A DNA stretch of 64,000 nt from contig OZ361256.1 of the NCBI GenBank assembly GCA_977018835.1, forward strand, positions 6,448,001 to 6,512,000, given 5' to 3'. The DNA is from Minutocellus sp. GHC0000111. Lineage: Eukaryota. The translations under genes and the position numbers were made by a program. Every line of letters starts with the position of its first letter. The first letter of the stretch is position 1. The notes under the pieces are model-generated. The model searched no databases. It had not been told where the DNA came from and worked only from the letters and a program-made list of their open reading frames with translations. This document shows positions 34,151 to 45,102 of this stretch, piece by piece.

Positions 34151-36488
34151 ATGTCCTCGCAGCAGATCCTGCACATTGCAGGCTGGTCGACCTGTAAGTA
34201 TGCTCGTGTGGTTTGGGTTGATTGGCGGCGGCTTACTAGTATAGACACATGATGAACAGGGGCGGTCGGTCTTGCCGCGCCCGCATCATTGGAATTTCGG
34301 AAGGATGAGTCACACACACATTGGTTTCCTTCCTGCATCGGAGGTTCGTCAGGCTCCACATGGAGGCGATGGGCGCCCTTCCCACTACGTTCTGCAGCGC
34401 TATTTGAGCGGTCTGTGGCGTCCACATTTGATTCAAAGCACATCTTATGCTGACTCGCTCTTTCCAATAATTGCTCACTTCAAATTCATTGCGCTTTGCA
34501 TGTTCACGACCCCGGCCATCCTCCTTCCGACCCTAATAGGCGGTTTTTACCGCAGGGCCTCGTCCGTCCTGGCCTCCCTCTCCATCCTGTTCCCCACCAA
34601 GATCAAGGTGGTCGACCACTCCTTCCCCTCCCGCGCCGAGTACCGCCAGTGGCTCATCGAGGGTGGCTTCCGAGACAAGCTGTCCGATGCCCGCGCTCAC
34701 GGGCACTCGTCGTCTCCCTTCACGTGGATCTCCGACACGGCCGGCGAGCCCGACCCGGCTGCCATCAAGGAGTTCATCGGCGGCCACGACGACACCCTGG
34801 CCTGGTGCCGCCAGTACTGCGCCCCTCCCGACGCGTCGGCCTCCGGGGCCGCCCCGACCAGCGTCGCCACCATGGCCGACGACGGACACAGGGGCGACCA
34901 TGGCTACGACTACGACCTCGTCGTGATCGGCGGCGGATCCGGTGGACTCGCCGCCTCCAAGGAGGCATCGGCCCTGGGCGCCAAGGCTGCCGTTTTGGAC
35001 TTTGTCAAGCCCAGCCCTGCCGGAACCAAGTGGGGTCTTGGTGGTAAGTCAGTCCATGTTGCTCTGCCTGTATTTGCGTTGGAAAATTCAAACATCATGC
35101 ATCACGTCGTGCTCACTCAACCATTATCTATATGTTGCAACAAAACTGCAGGTACTTGCGTGAACGTTGGATGCATCCCTAAGAAGCTCATGCACAATGC
35201 CGCTATCATCAATGAGGCCATTCATGCCGATGCTGCGGCCTTTGGCATTGGACCCGCCCCCACCGGAGTCGAGTCGGCTCCGACCGGTATTGAGACCAAG
35301 CATGGCTGGGAGACCATGCGTGAGAATGTTCAAAACCACATCAAATCTCTCAACTTCAAGTATCGTGTCAACCTTCGCGAGAAGGGCGTCACGTACCTGA
35401 ACAAGCTGGGCAAGTTCAAGGACGCTCACACTCTCGAGGTTACCGACAAGAAGGGCCGTGTTTCGGAGATTACCGCCTCCCGCTTCATCATTGCCGTCGG
35501 TGGACGTCCCACCCCCCTGGAATGCGAGGGTGGTGAGCTTGCCATCTCCTCGGACGATATCTTTGCCCTGGAGAACAGCCCCGGCAAGACTCTGTGCGTC
35601 GGTGCCTCGTACATTTCGTTGGAGTGCGCTGGTTTCCTCGCTGGCATTGGTCACGACGTTACCGATGCCGTCCGATCCATCCTTCTCCGTGGTTTTGATC
35701 GTGAGGTTGCCGATAAGATCGGTTCCTACATGGAGGATCATGGCATCAAGTTCCGGAAGGAGGTTGTCCCAAAGAAGTTGGAGAAGGTCGAGGGCGACAA
35801 GATCAAGGTTACATTTTCCAATGATGAGACGGACATCTATGACACTGTCCTCGTGGCCATCGGTCGTCAGGCTGATACCCAGAAGCTTGGCTTGGAGAAC
35901 ATTGGCGTTGAGACCAACTCGCGCAACTTCAAGATCCCGACCAAGTTCGAGCAGACCTCGGTGCCCAATGTATATGCCATCGGTGATGTGATGGAGGGCT
36001 GCCCCGAGCTCACTCCCGTTGCCATCCAGGCCGGTATTCAGCTTTCTCGGCGTCTCTTTGGCGGCTCGAAGGAGGCCATGGATTACAAGAATATCTGCAC
36101 GACTGTCTTTACCCCTATTGAATATGGATGCTGCGGATACTCGGAGGATGAAGCCATCGAGAAGTTCGGCGCTGACAATGTCGAGGTGTACCACAAGTCG
36201 TTCATGCCACTCGAGTGGTCTTTGTCGGATTCGCGATCCGTCCACCAGGCCTTCACAAAGGTGATCGTCGACAAGAGTGACAATGAGCGAGTGCTTGGAA
36301 TTCACTTCGTTGGACCCAACGCTGGTGAGGTCATGCAGGGTTACGGGACTGCTATGAAGAAGGGCATCACCTTCAAGGACCTTGCAGAAACTGTTGGCAT
36401 CCATCCTACTTCGGCCGAGGAGATTGTCACTCTTACCGTTACCAAGAGCAGTGGTGAGGACGCCGCTGCTGGTGGATGCTGAGGTTAA
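34151..36488 (+). CDS. TXNRD: Selenoprotein thioredoxin reductase with N-terminal glutaredoxin-like domain (TGR-like); introns 34194-34539 and 35044-35151; Sec UGA at 36480-36482
   Basis: GGGSGG, GGTCVNVGCIPKK, IHPT.AEE; the end reads GGT GGA TGC TGA GGT TAA = G-G-C-U-G-stop; spliced N-terminus WST-CGFY and FIGGHDD. Confidence 0.92.
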
Positions 36489-36677
36489 GCCCTTCGAGGT
36501 ACCCGAGTGTGTATGTATATTGGCATACATGCGCCGCTCGGGCCTTGAAGGGCTCCGTTCGAAGAAATTCGACGGTTTTTGGGATGTACGTGCTGAACGC
36601 CACATCATTGCAACATGATTACTTTGTGGTGCAGGCACGTTACAGGAAATGAGCGACTGTGTTTTGAGGATACTTTG

Positions 36678-36758
36678 GTTGCTGCATGAATGAAGGTCCA
36701 CTTTCTATCATCTGACGAAAGCCAGAGACTGGAAATGGACTTGACAATTGTTGCGCTG
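36678..36758 (+). promoter_or_regulatory. Candidate SECIS element in the TrxR 3' UTR
   Basis: ATGAA at 36690 and TGAC at 36742 bracket the stem GGTCCA(C)TTTC/GAAATGGACT, with apical mini-stem TCTG/CAGA. Confidence 0.7.
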
Positions 36759-36867
36759 CCTTGGATACGTCGTCTAAAAATACCATATTTTTAATTTAAA
36801 AAATTTTCTACGATGAATTGCACGTCTACTATCCTATTAGAAATGAACTGACAATGACATACTGTCA

Positions 36868-38132
36868 TTAGAATGAAGGTGTGGGTGGCAGTACTGGGCT
36901 GCCCGATGGAATGCCAGATGATCTCAGGCTGGGGTGAGATTCTGGAACCGCTGATGTCTCCTCAGCATTCGGACTCACCCGCGTGACCTTCTCGTCTGCA
37001 CTCTTCTTCGTCTTCTCCGTTTTCTCCTTCTCGGCGCCAATCTTGATTTCTTCCTGGACCTGTGTCGTCTTCTGAACCAACTTATCCTCGGATTGCTTCT
37101 GAGTATTTCCAGCAGTACCTGCTGCCCTTACTGGGCTTTGGGAGGGCGAGGCAGATGGTCGTAGACTGGGCTGCATTGACGGCGACAACGACGGCAAGTC
37201 ACTCGGAGCAACTGACGGTTGCTCAGTGTGGACCTGCCATCTGCAAAAATCTTGGTTATAAACAACGTCGGTAGTCTGATCGGCATTGTAATTAATCTTC
37301 CAAAGCGCATCGTCATCGTTTGGGTCCTTTGTATTTCCCTTCTTGAGCTTCAGGACGCTAACTGGGTAGGACGTATATGTATCAATGTCTTGATTGTTGA
37401 CCATTTTCATCAGCGTGCGTTTGCTTTCAGTGCCATCCCAAAGACTCGCTTCGGCTCCGTCACATATGAGTGTCGCCATGTAGTCATTCCTCTTTTCGTT
37501 GTAAACGATGAGCCAAGGACGCTCTTCTGAGTATGCCGTTGGGTCGTCATTTCCACGAATTTCTCCAATACACAGATGTGTGGCCCCGACGAAATCGGAG
37601 AACACAGCATTCACCCGAGGATCCCACATGGTAACGACGCCTGTGGTCGACCCATTGTCTAATTCCACCTCATCTATACCAAACCTCCAAAATCCAAATT
37701 TCCCACCCTCTTCTCCTTCTTTAATATTTTCTGCATTATCTCGACACAGTGCTTCACCGACCATCAAGCAGGAAAATTCTCCGTTAAGACCCACTCGCAG
37801 CTTTGTCTCGCCGATGCACTTGGCCTGGGGTGGTGAAAAAGGATGAGAAAAGTTGATGGTAAGAAATTTGGTGCGACACTACTTTCACACAGAACAAGAC
37901 GAACAACAACCGCAACAACCCCAACGCCACTCACGTTAGGCTCAGGGAGCGGCGGTATCCAGTAGGAATAGCGCATGGCAGGTTGCCATCCTCCATGCAT
38001 ACTGTCAGTTTCGATCGAAGACGTCCCGGTACCGGCGCTGGACGCGAACGCATCGGAAATCTCCAACCCATCTGCCACGACGGCAACCGTAGAAAGAAGA
38101 ATGAGGCTCAGATTTTGCCAGCTGCTATTCAT
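36868..38132 (-). CDS. Secreted protein with PS-rich (PSxxPS) C-terminal stalk; intron about 37828-37935
   Basis: Signal peptide in ORF 37764-38141, GTGAGT donor, PSVAPSDLPSLSPSMQPS repeats. Confidence 0.65.
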
Positions 38133-38478
38133 GTTCCTCATATTTTAAGACGTCTCTAGTCAAAGAAAGACGACCCGGTGATGTAATGTCCGCTACAGTA
38201 GGGTTCTATCGAATGGTGGGAGTTCTGCAATGAATTCAAAAGAGAAGTCCAGTCACTCGTGGCTCATACCTCCTCATGGCGCATCTCCTATTTTGGCGGC
38301 GCAGGTCTGATTTTGGCGGCCAAGGCCTGGCCAAAGGTTTTTCCCCTCTAAATGAAGTGTCTGGGAAACCCCCATCTATCTACGTACGTACAATGTCGTA
38401 CGTACACGACGGCTCATGTTTCACATTTGACATCTCGTTCGCTTCATCTCATGCAACTGGTCCTGGAGAGGAAGCGAG

Positions 38479-39590
38479 ATGAAGAGGCAATACAACAGTA
38501 GTTGTCGCATATTTCGGCGCGCATCATGCCTTTCGTGCGTATTGGTCATCCTTGAGCGTCACTTGGTAGCCTCATTCCAGAAGCCGCCGCGCATGAGGCG
38601 CCAAACAACAATGGCGCTATCCCTATCACCTTCCGCCACCACCTCAACACCTTTACCAGTTACTGAAGAGGCCAACCAGACAAAAGTCAACTATCGAATA
38701 CGAAGGGGTCGTCCAGATGAACTAGACTTGTGTTCACAGCTCGTTTCCACAAGTTTTGCCAAGGAAAATTTTGCTATCGAAAGTAATGAATCGCCGTCGC
38801 CGTTGCAAGTGGCAACTAGGGAATGGGATCTGTTTTTAACTCGATGGAGTGTATACGCGGGGATGGACAGCGACTTGTACTTTCGAACTATTATTCTGGA
38901 CTGGAAGAAAGTAGAGCCGACGAGAAGGAGGCGTCATTCAACGCTAAAGCAAGCACAGCTGCTCAGCCGTTATTTGTTGCCGAGACCCTCTCCCCAAATG
39001 ATGAAGACGAAAACTCATCAAATATTATTGGAGTTGTCGAGCTAGCATACGGCGAATGCCCGATTCCTTTTTTCAAGCACGGGGATAGCAGTGGCTCGAG
39101 CAAGAGGGTAGCGCCCTTTATTTGCAATCTTGCAGTTTTGCCTGAATATCGGGGTCTGGGAATCGGCAAAGCTCTCCTAAATAGAACAATAGAGGCTGCA
39201 ATAGAAGGTGAGGGGTCATTCATGGGAGATTTACGGGAAGCATCTGAGATTTGGCTCCGAACGGACTTCAACAATACGGCCGCTTTGCGAATGTACAATA
39301 AGTATGGATTCGTATGTGAAGGTGTAGATCCAGATATTCGTCAGAAGCGACAAGTTTACATGCGAAAAAGAATCACTACGGCTTCTCCTTTGCACGGAAG
39401 GGATTTGCTCTGTATAAACAAGAATAAACAGAGCGATGGCGGCAAGCTAAAGTGGTCGGTGTCGTATGACCTGGATTGCAGACACGGAGAGAAAATAGAG
39501 GGCGAACTCAGCTTCGTTGAAGAGAACTTTGGTACTCTTGCACCCTTTGTGGCAGCGTTGGGAACGGTTGTCGGAATAATTTTGTTCTAG
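38479..39590 (+). CDS. GNAT N-acetyltransferase, possibly plastid-targeted; 1-bp frameshift near 38865
   Basis: IGVVEL, FICNLAVLPEYRGLGIGKALL, N.AALRMY.KYGF; two overlapping ORFs. Confidence 0.8.
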
Positions 39591-39727
39591 CTACGCAGCT
39601 TGATAGACACTGATTATTATTCTAAGTTAGCAATTCAAGCAATAATGGAAAAGTAATAATGAGGTTTGAAAGCATACATAGTATACCAACCTCAACACAA
39701 GCAAATCGCCGAACGTGTTCGGCGTGC

Positions 39728-41484
39728 TCATGCAGGGTGTACATGCGAACGACTTCCCGAGCTTCGTCCGCTGCGTCCGAGCGATCTGTTGAGGCCATCA
39801 GAGTGGTTGGTCATCTTTTCGGACGCAGACTTCATCAGAGTCCCAACACGTTTCTTTGCCGACCTCGACCTTGTGGAGGACCTCCTTGCTTTTGTTATAG
39901 ACTTGCTCGGCGAGCTTGGGCCACTGCCATTCTCAGATGCCTCCTCTAAACACTTATCTAGCTCGCCTTCAATGTAGGCAAATGATGGCCGGAGGAAAAG
40001 GTCTTGCTGCCAGCATTTGTTAATAAGATCTTGAAGTACTTGTGGCCAATAAGAGTGGATACCAAAGCTGCATATTTCCGGCCGCCCTCCTCCTTCCACA
40101 ACAAATTCTCGATGGTTCGTCTCTACAGAAAGAGTTCAAGAGATAGAGTCAAAGAGTTGATCTGAGGGGAGAGGAAAAGATTATGCATACTTGCAAACGT
40201 AGCCACTCACCCGTAAAGCCATCAAACGGCTTCTCTAGAGCAGATAGCTCCCACAGAAGGATGCCAAATGAATAAGCATCAACACTTAGATTGTACGGTC
40301 GAACTCCAGCAACCTCAGGAGCCATATATCGACGACTTCCTGTGTTGCCTGTAAGCTGATATGTACCATCAGCTAACCGGCGATGTGGTTTGAGCTCCTT
40401 GGCCAGGCCGAAGTCAAACAATTTTAGATTCCCCTCTTTAGTAAAGCCAATATTTTCCGGTTTCTATACGCACACGTGCAAGACCATGGTGGTGATGGGT
40501 AGAATAAAAATCGGGTGAGTAACATGATAATCCAAGAGAATACTGCAGAAAAAGGAAGGGTAAAAGGAGTGGAATAGACTCACCAAATCACGAAAGGCAA
40601 CGTTGTGATCGTGTAGATATCTTACGGCATCGGCCAAACTCCGTGCTATCTGGAGTCGCTCAAGGAGAGCTCCCCGGCGAATCCTTCCACGGGGATCATG
40701 AGTGGCGCGGAACATGAATCCTGAATACTTGGCCTGGAATTTCTTTCCAATCGACGAGCTTGTGATCAAGGGTGTCATACAAACGGTCAAGGACAAGGAA
40801 GAATCCATGATCTTTGCCATTTGCAAAATTATCTTCCACCGGACCCTCGGTGACTCCAAGGAGGTGGATGATGTTGGGATGCGTTAGGGCTGAAAGTAAG
40901 CTGGCCTCGATGACCAGGTCTGCGGCACCCCTGACAAATTTCTTTCGATCGACCATCACGGAGCGGCGAAGATATTTGACAACCACATATTTATGTCCCT
41001 GATCATCGCATTCGCTATCTTCTTCTGAGATCTCGGGTTGGCTGGCATTATCAGTGGACGGATCACCCACAATGTCTTCGTCGCTGCTTCCTCCACCTTC
41101 ACTGGAATCAAGTGCCGGGGTGTCACGAAGCAAGCGAGCCTCGTGTACTTCTGAGAATCCGCCACGTCCAAGTAGCCGCCCGATCAACACATCGGATGGG
41201 TAGAACTCGTTGGTTTCAATGGCCGCATGTGCCTCGTCACCCACCCCAACGAATCGCTGCCGAATGATTTGAGAATCATGCGCCATCTTCTCCAGCGCTC
41301 GTCGCGCTGCTCGTCCCGCATTTGAGGCGTAATTCGGACACACCCGTCCGTATGCCTCACACGCCCAGTGCTCGAGGCAGACATTGGAGCTGTGCTGACG
41401 GACAGTTCCTGGTCTGGGTGGGGTCATGATTTGTGGAGGAGGTGCCGGTGGAGATGTGAAAGGTATGGGAATCGGTTCTTCCAT
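39728..41484 (-). CDS. TKL-type Ser/Thr protein kinase with several introns and a frameshift near 40745
   Basis: LGRGGFSEV, VVKYL, HPNII.L.G, FRDL|KPENIGF, FDFGLAKEL, TGSRRYMAPEV, CW....RPSF. Confidence 0.88.
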
Positions 41485-41906
41485 TGTACTTATGGATGTG
41501 GCGGTTCGATCGATGGACGAGAAAGATCTCTGTGATGATTCGATTTCTATGATTCAGCGTGATGTTTTTCTTTTGCGTGTCTTCGACTTTGCGGTGAGTA
41601 AGCAGATCAAGGGAATATCTTGTGTTATAAAATGGTGTGGTTACGTTCTAATGTCATTGAGTTGTTGTCATGGCGTTCTGATCACAGCGAACAAGCGCCA
41701 AGCGGCGGTGGCCAAATGTTGTTCTTTGGCCCTGTCTGCCATCGCCAAGGGCAGATGGCTTCTCGTTCGAGGGTGTCAAACTCAACTCATGTAACCTGAC
41801 GCTCAACATTGCCTTGCCTTGCCTTAACGTTATTACCAATCTCCCGTGAAAGAGATGCATTTGTGCTTGGGTTATGAGTCCACGAGCAAATTCTACGTAG
41901 TTACGT

Positions 41907-42411
41907 CAGTCCGTGCCTGGTTTGAGACCTCATGCCGGTAGTTTTGCCCGTGATAAGGATAATTGACCTCATAGTTTTGCCCGTGATAAGGATAATTAGA
42001 CCTCGGCTTTGGCAGCATCCTTATTTTTCTTGCATGACAGGCCCTCAGAAGAGGCTACAACCTCCAAGACTTTGGTGGGGAGGACGCCTCCTATCTTTTG
42101 CAGGAGGATTATGAGAAGCTTCTAATGGTGACGACGAGGTTTCTCTTGAGGTTGGGCTAAAGTCTTGATGCCTCGTGAAGCTTGGATAGACGCTTGGCGG
42201 GCGTTTTGGAGAGGTTTGTACGTTGCTAAAGCTTTGTTATTCCTCTCCTTACACGTTATTTCGCTACAGCTGTACCTAAGGTGCATCATGATGTTGCCAC
42301 GTCATTGCTAAAATAAGGACATCCTCAGGTGAGAACTCAGATTTCGCCTCCTGATAAGGATTTTGAGACCTCAGGTCTCAAAGCAATATCCTTATAGGCG
42401 TGCACAGACTG
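41907..42411. mobile_element. Candidate MITE / non-autonomous Tc1-mariner-like element
   Basis: Termini CAGTCCGTGC / GCACAGACTG (9/10 inverted) with TA on the right; subterminal tttgagacct inverted motif; 26-bp internal direct repeat; repeated GATAAGGA/TCCTTAT. Confidence 0.6.
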
Positions 42412-42894
42412 TACCTAGCAAGTAGTACATGCAGTTTAGAGGATTTAGAAGTGGACCTGAACGGCGCTATGAGTAATTATTTGCGGCTGGCTCTGCTTGT
42501 CCTACTTTCTTCGCTTCTCATCTTCTGATTATGTCGATCCTATAAACGTCTACGTAGAAAATTGTTGTGCATGTACATGTAGCAACATTTGGGTGGTCTA
42601 CTCACTCTCATCACTTACTACGTAGTAGTTGAGCTGCAGCGTCAAAACCCCAACGAATACTGATGCCGATAAATGTAATATACTTCCTCATGTCATCCCT
42701 TCTCACTCTGAGGACGGCCTATCATCACCGGCAGTGGCTTGAACTGAACGTGATTTGAATGCAAAAGGTACTCTCAGCGAGGAGGAATCTCGCTGGTTCA
42801 ATGTCTACGGTAGAGCGTTGCAATAAGATAACACAAATGAAAGATGTTCATTCGTTTTTTATCAAGTTACTGTACAAGATTTCTCCCTACTCTC

Positions 42895-44847
42895 CTACTT
42901 CCACAATTTACCAGATTCAATGTTGCCCTTAATAGTCATTTCATCATTTCCTTTCTTCCTCTTACCACCTTTTCGTCGTCGAGCAGCAGCGCCGCCTCTA
43001 AATTCATAGTTCTCATCGTCGTCGCCACCGTCATTGAGCTCATTTTTGGCAACGGTATATTCCAATTTGCTGCCCATAATGCCTCTGGCAATGGGAAGCT
43101 GCCAACCGTAGGCAAAGACAGTGGACGTGCCTTTTCTTCCTGCACGAGCTGTTCGGCCTACGCGCCTCACATATTCTGCAGGATCCTTTGGGAAATCAAA
43201 GAGTACGACGTGATCGACTGGTGCTGCATCAAAGTCAACACCTCTGGCGGCTCGATCGGTACAAACCAGGATTTGCTCAACGCCATCGTTGTCAGCCTGC
43301 CTTCCACTTCTGCCACCACGGCGACTACCGCCTCTCCTTTCATCCCTTTTCCCATTGCGACCGTGAGCAAACAGTTGTAAGTTACGATTTCTGGCTTCGG
43401 GGGTCATAGCATTGTGATACGAATGAACCTCTCGAAGCCTGCCTCTACGATCTTTTCGGTTCAGCAAATTTTCCACCTTTCGGCAAGTTTCAACCGTGTT
43501 ACAAAATACCAGAGTCCTCTGACATCTGTTCTGATTCAATGCCTTGAGCAGCTGCTGAGCTTTCATGTCGAAACACATGTCAAGATCACGATTTGATGAA
43601 GAAGGCACCGACACATCAACAAGATGTTCCTTGACCGTCGATGCGACCCGATGAAGGCCCGGACCAGAGATCTTTTGTGCACCCGGGAATTCTCGATTGT
43701 CAGTCTCGACAACATCATCGGGCAAAGTTGCCGTAACAAATACAAACTGCGTCTTATCGACAGGCGCCGCAGCTCCAACGGTGCGAAGCTGTGGGCCAAA
43801 GGTTTCATCAATCAGGAGAATATCGACCTCATCCAACACAATCGCCTGCAAGTTGGTCAAGTCCAATCCAGAATTCTTGGTTCGAAGGATTGTTGCCACA
43901 CGTCCAGGCGTCGATACCAGCACATCGACGCGTTGATTCTGCAGTGTTCGAATCTGTTCGCGAATGCTGGTGGAGTACTTTCCCGTGGCAGTCGTAACAA
44001 ATGTTCGAAAGGGAACAGACTGCGACAATTTGCCGCACACTTCTCGAACTTGGTCGGCAAGCTCTGCCGTGGGGGTCAAAATGAGGATCTTCGGTGAACC
44101 ATTCATATGAGGCCTGCCCTTCTCGGCCTCATTGGACGCCTTCATCCGTTGGATAAGCGGTAAGAGGTATGCCAGTGTCTTTCCGGATCCTGTTTGGTCA
44201 GCAACAATGGCCGCCTTTCCCTGAAGCAGCACGGGCCAAGCCAGGGCTTGAATTCGCGATGGCTGCGTAATGCCAGCACCTTCGCATAGCCTCTGGAAGG
44301 TTTCATTGTCGCCACCATCGTCCGATGCCTGCATGGCAAAGGATGGGTCTGCCAGCGACTTGCGACTGAAGAATGTTGATTTTGGGTCAGACTGAGGAGA
44401 TACAACATCACGATTCCCACCAAAGGTCGAGGAGGGCTCATCGTCATATGCATAGTAATAACCTTCTTCGCTGCCGTCATCCTCTTCGTCATCGTAATCG
44501 TCATCATAATAACTCTCCTCCCAGCCATCGTCGTCATCGTCGTAGTCACCAAAGGGATCGTCATTATTCAAATCTGTATAATCGCATCTATTGTGGTTGT
44601 TGTTTCGGCCATTGGCGTTGTACTGTCCCTGCTGATTGCGCCCTCCACCCCCACCACGACCAGTCCGTCTCGCAGACAGCAAAAGATGGCTGCCGGCATT
44701 ATTGCTTGTGGAAGTACATGTAGACACATCTTGGGAAAGTGCAAATGGCTGGAAGCCATTAGTCGAAAGGGGTAGGGAAAGAAGTAAAATACAACAAATG
44801 GCGGCACCAAGCAGCTCTGGCCGCCTTGTTATTCTTCTTGCCACCAT
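42895..44847 (-). CDS. DEAD-box RNA helicase, RH50-like, probably plastid-targeted
   Basis: [49 protein letters not shown]; signal peptide ending TNG-FQP. Confidence 0.88.
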   Translation of the reverse strand: MVARRITRRPELLGAAICCILLLSLPLSTNGFQPFALSQDVSTCTSTSNNAGSHLLLSARRTGRGGGGGRNQQGQYNANGRNNNHNRCDYTDLNNDDPFGDYDDDDDGWEESYYDDDYDDEEDDGSEEGYYYAYDDEPSSTFGGNRDVVSPQSDPKSTFFSRKSLADPSFAMQASDDGGDNETFQRLCEGAGITQPSRIQALAWPVLLQGKAAIVADQTGSGKTLAYLLPLIQRMKASNEAEKGRPHMNGSPKILILTPTAELADQVREVCGKLSQSVPFRTFVTTATGKYSTSIREQIRTLQNQRVDVLVSTPGRVATILRTKNSGLDLTNLQAIVLDEVDILLIDETFGPQLRTVGAAAPVDKTQFVFVTATLPDDVVETDNREFPGAQKISGPGLHRVASTVKEHLVDVSVPSSSNRDLDMCFDMKAQQLLKALNQNRCQRTLVFCNTVETCRKVENLLNRKDRRGRLREVHSYHNAMTPEARNRNLQLFAHGRNGKRDERRGGSRRGGRSGRQADNDGVEQILVCTDRAARGVDFDAAPVDHVVLFDFPKDPAEYVRRVGRTARAGRKGTSTVFAYGWQLPIARGIMGSKLEYTVAKNELNDGGDDDENYEFRGGAAARRRKGGKRKKGNDEMTIKGNIESGKLWK

Positions 44848-45102
44848 CTTGGTTCGGAACCATGCAGCGGCTTGCGGAATGGGCGGTTGTGGGCGCGACC
44901 GTCCTGTGCAGAAAAGTGCCGAACGAAGGACAGGACATCGACTGATCGCGTTCCGCCGCGATGCGAGCCAACGGTGCCGATGCCATTCCCATCATCAAAA
45001 GTGGAAGCAAAATGGAATCCACGCCCCACAAGACCACGTAGCGTGTACAAAGCACATGATATGCACTCGGTAGTTTCGGAGGGGAACCTATCTTTGTTGT
45101 CA

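Noticed and set aside
35124..36701. 525-aa antisense ORF over TrxR, and similar antisense ORFs over Dbp5, SPOUT1 and Vps16
   Set aside because: Shadow ORFs caused by GC3-biased codon usage; no recognisable motifs.
21445..40750. Single-base frameshifts in host genes (~21450, ~38865, ~40745) as programmed frameshifting
   Set aside because: No shared slippery motif; each is fixed by adding one base to a short run, which is most consistent with consensus errors or null alleles.
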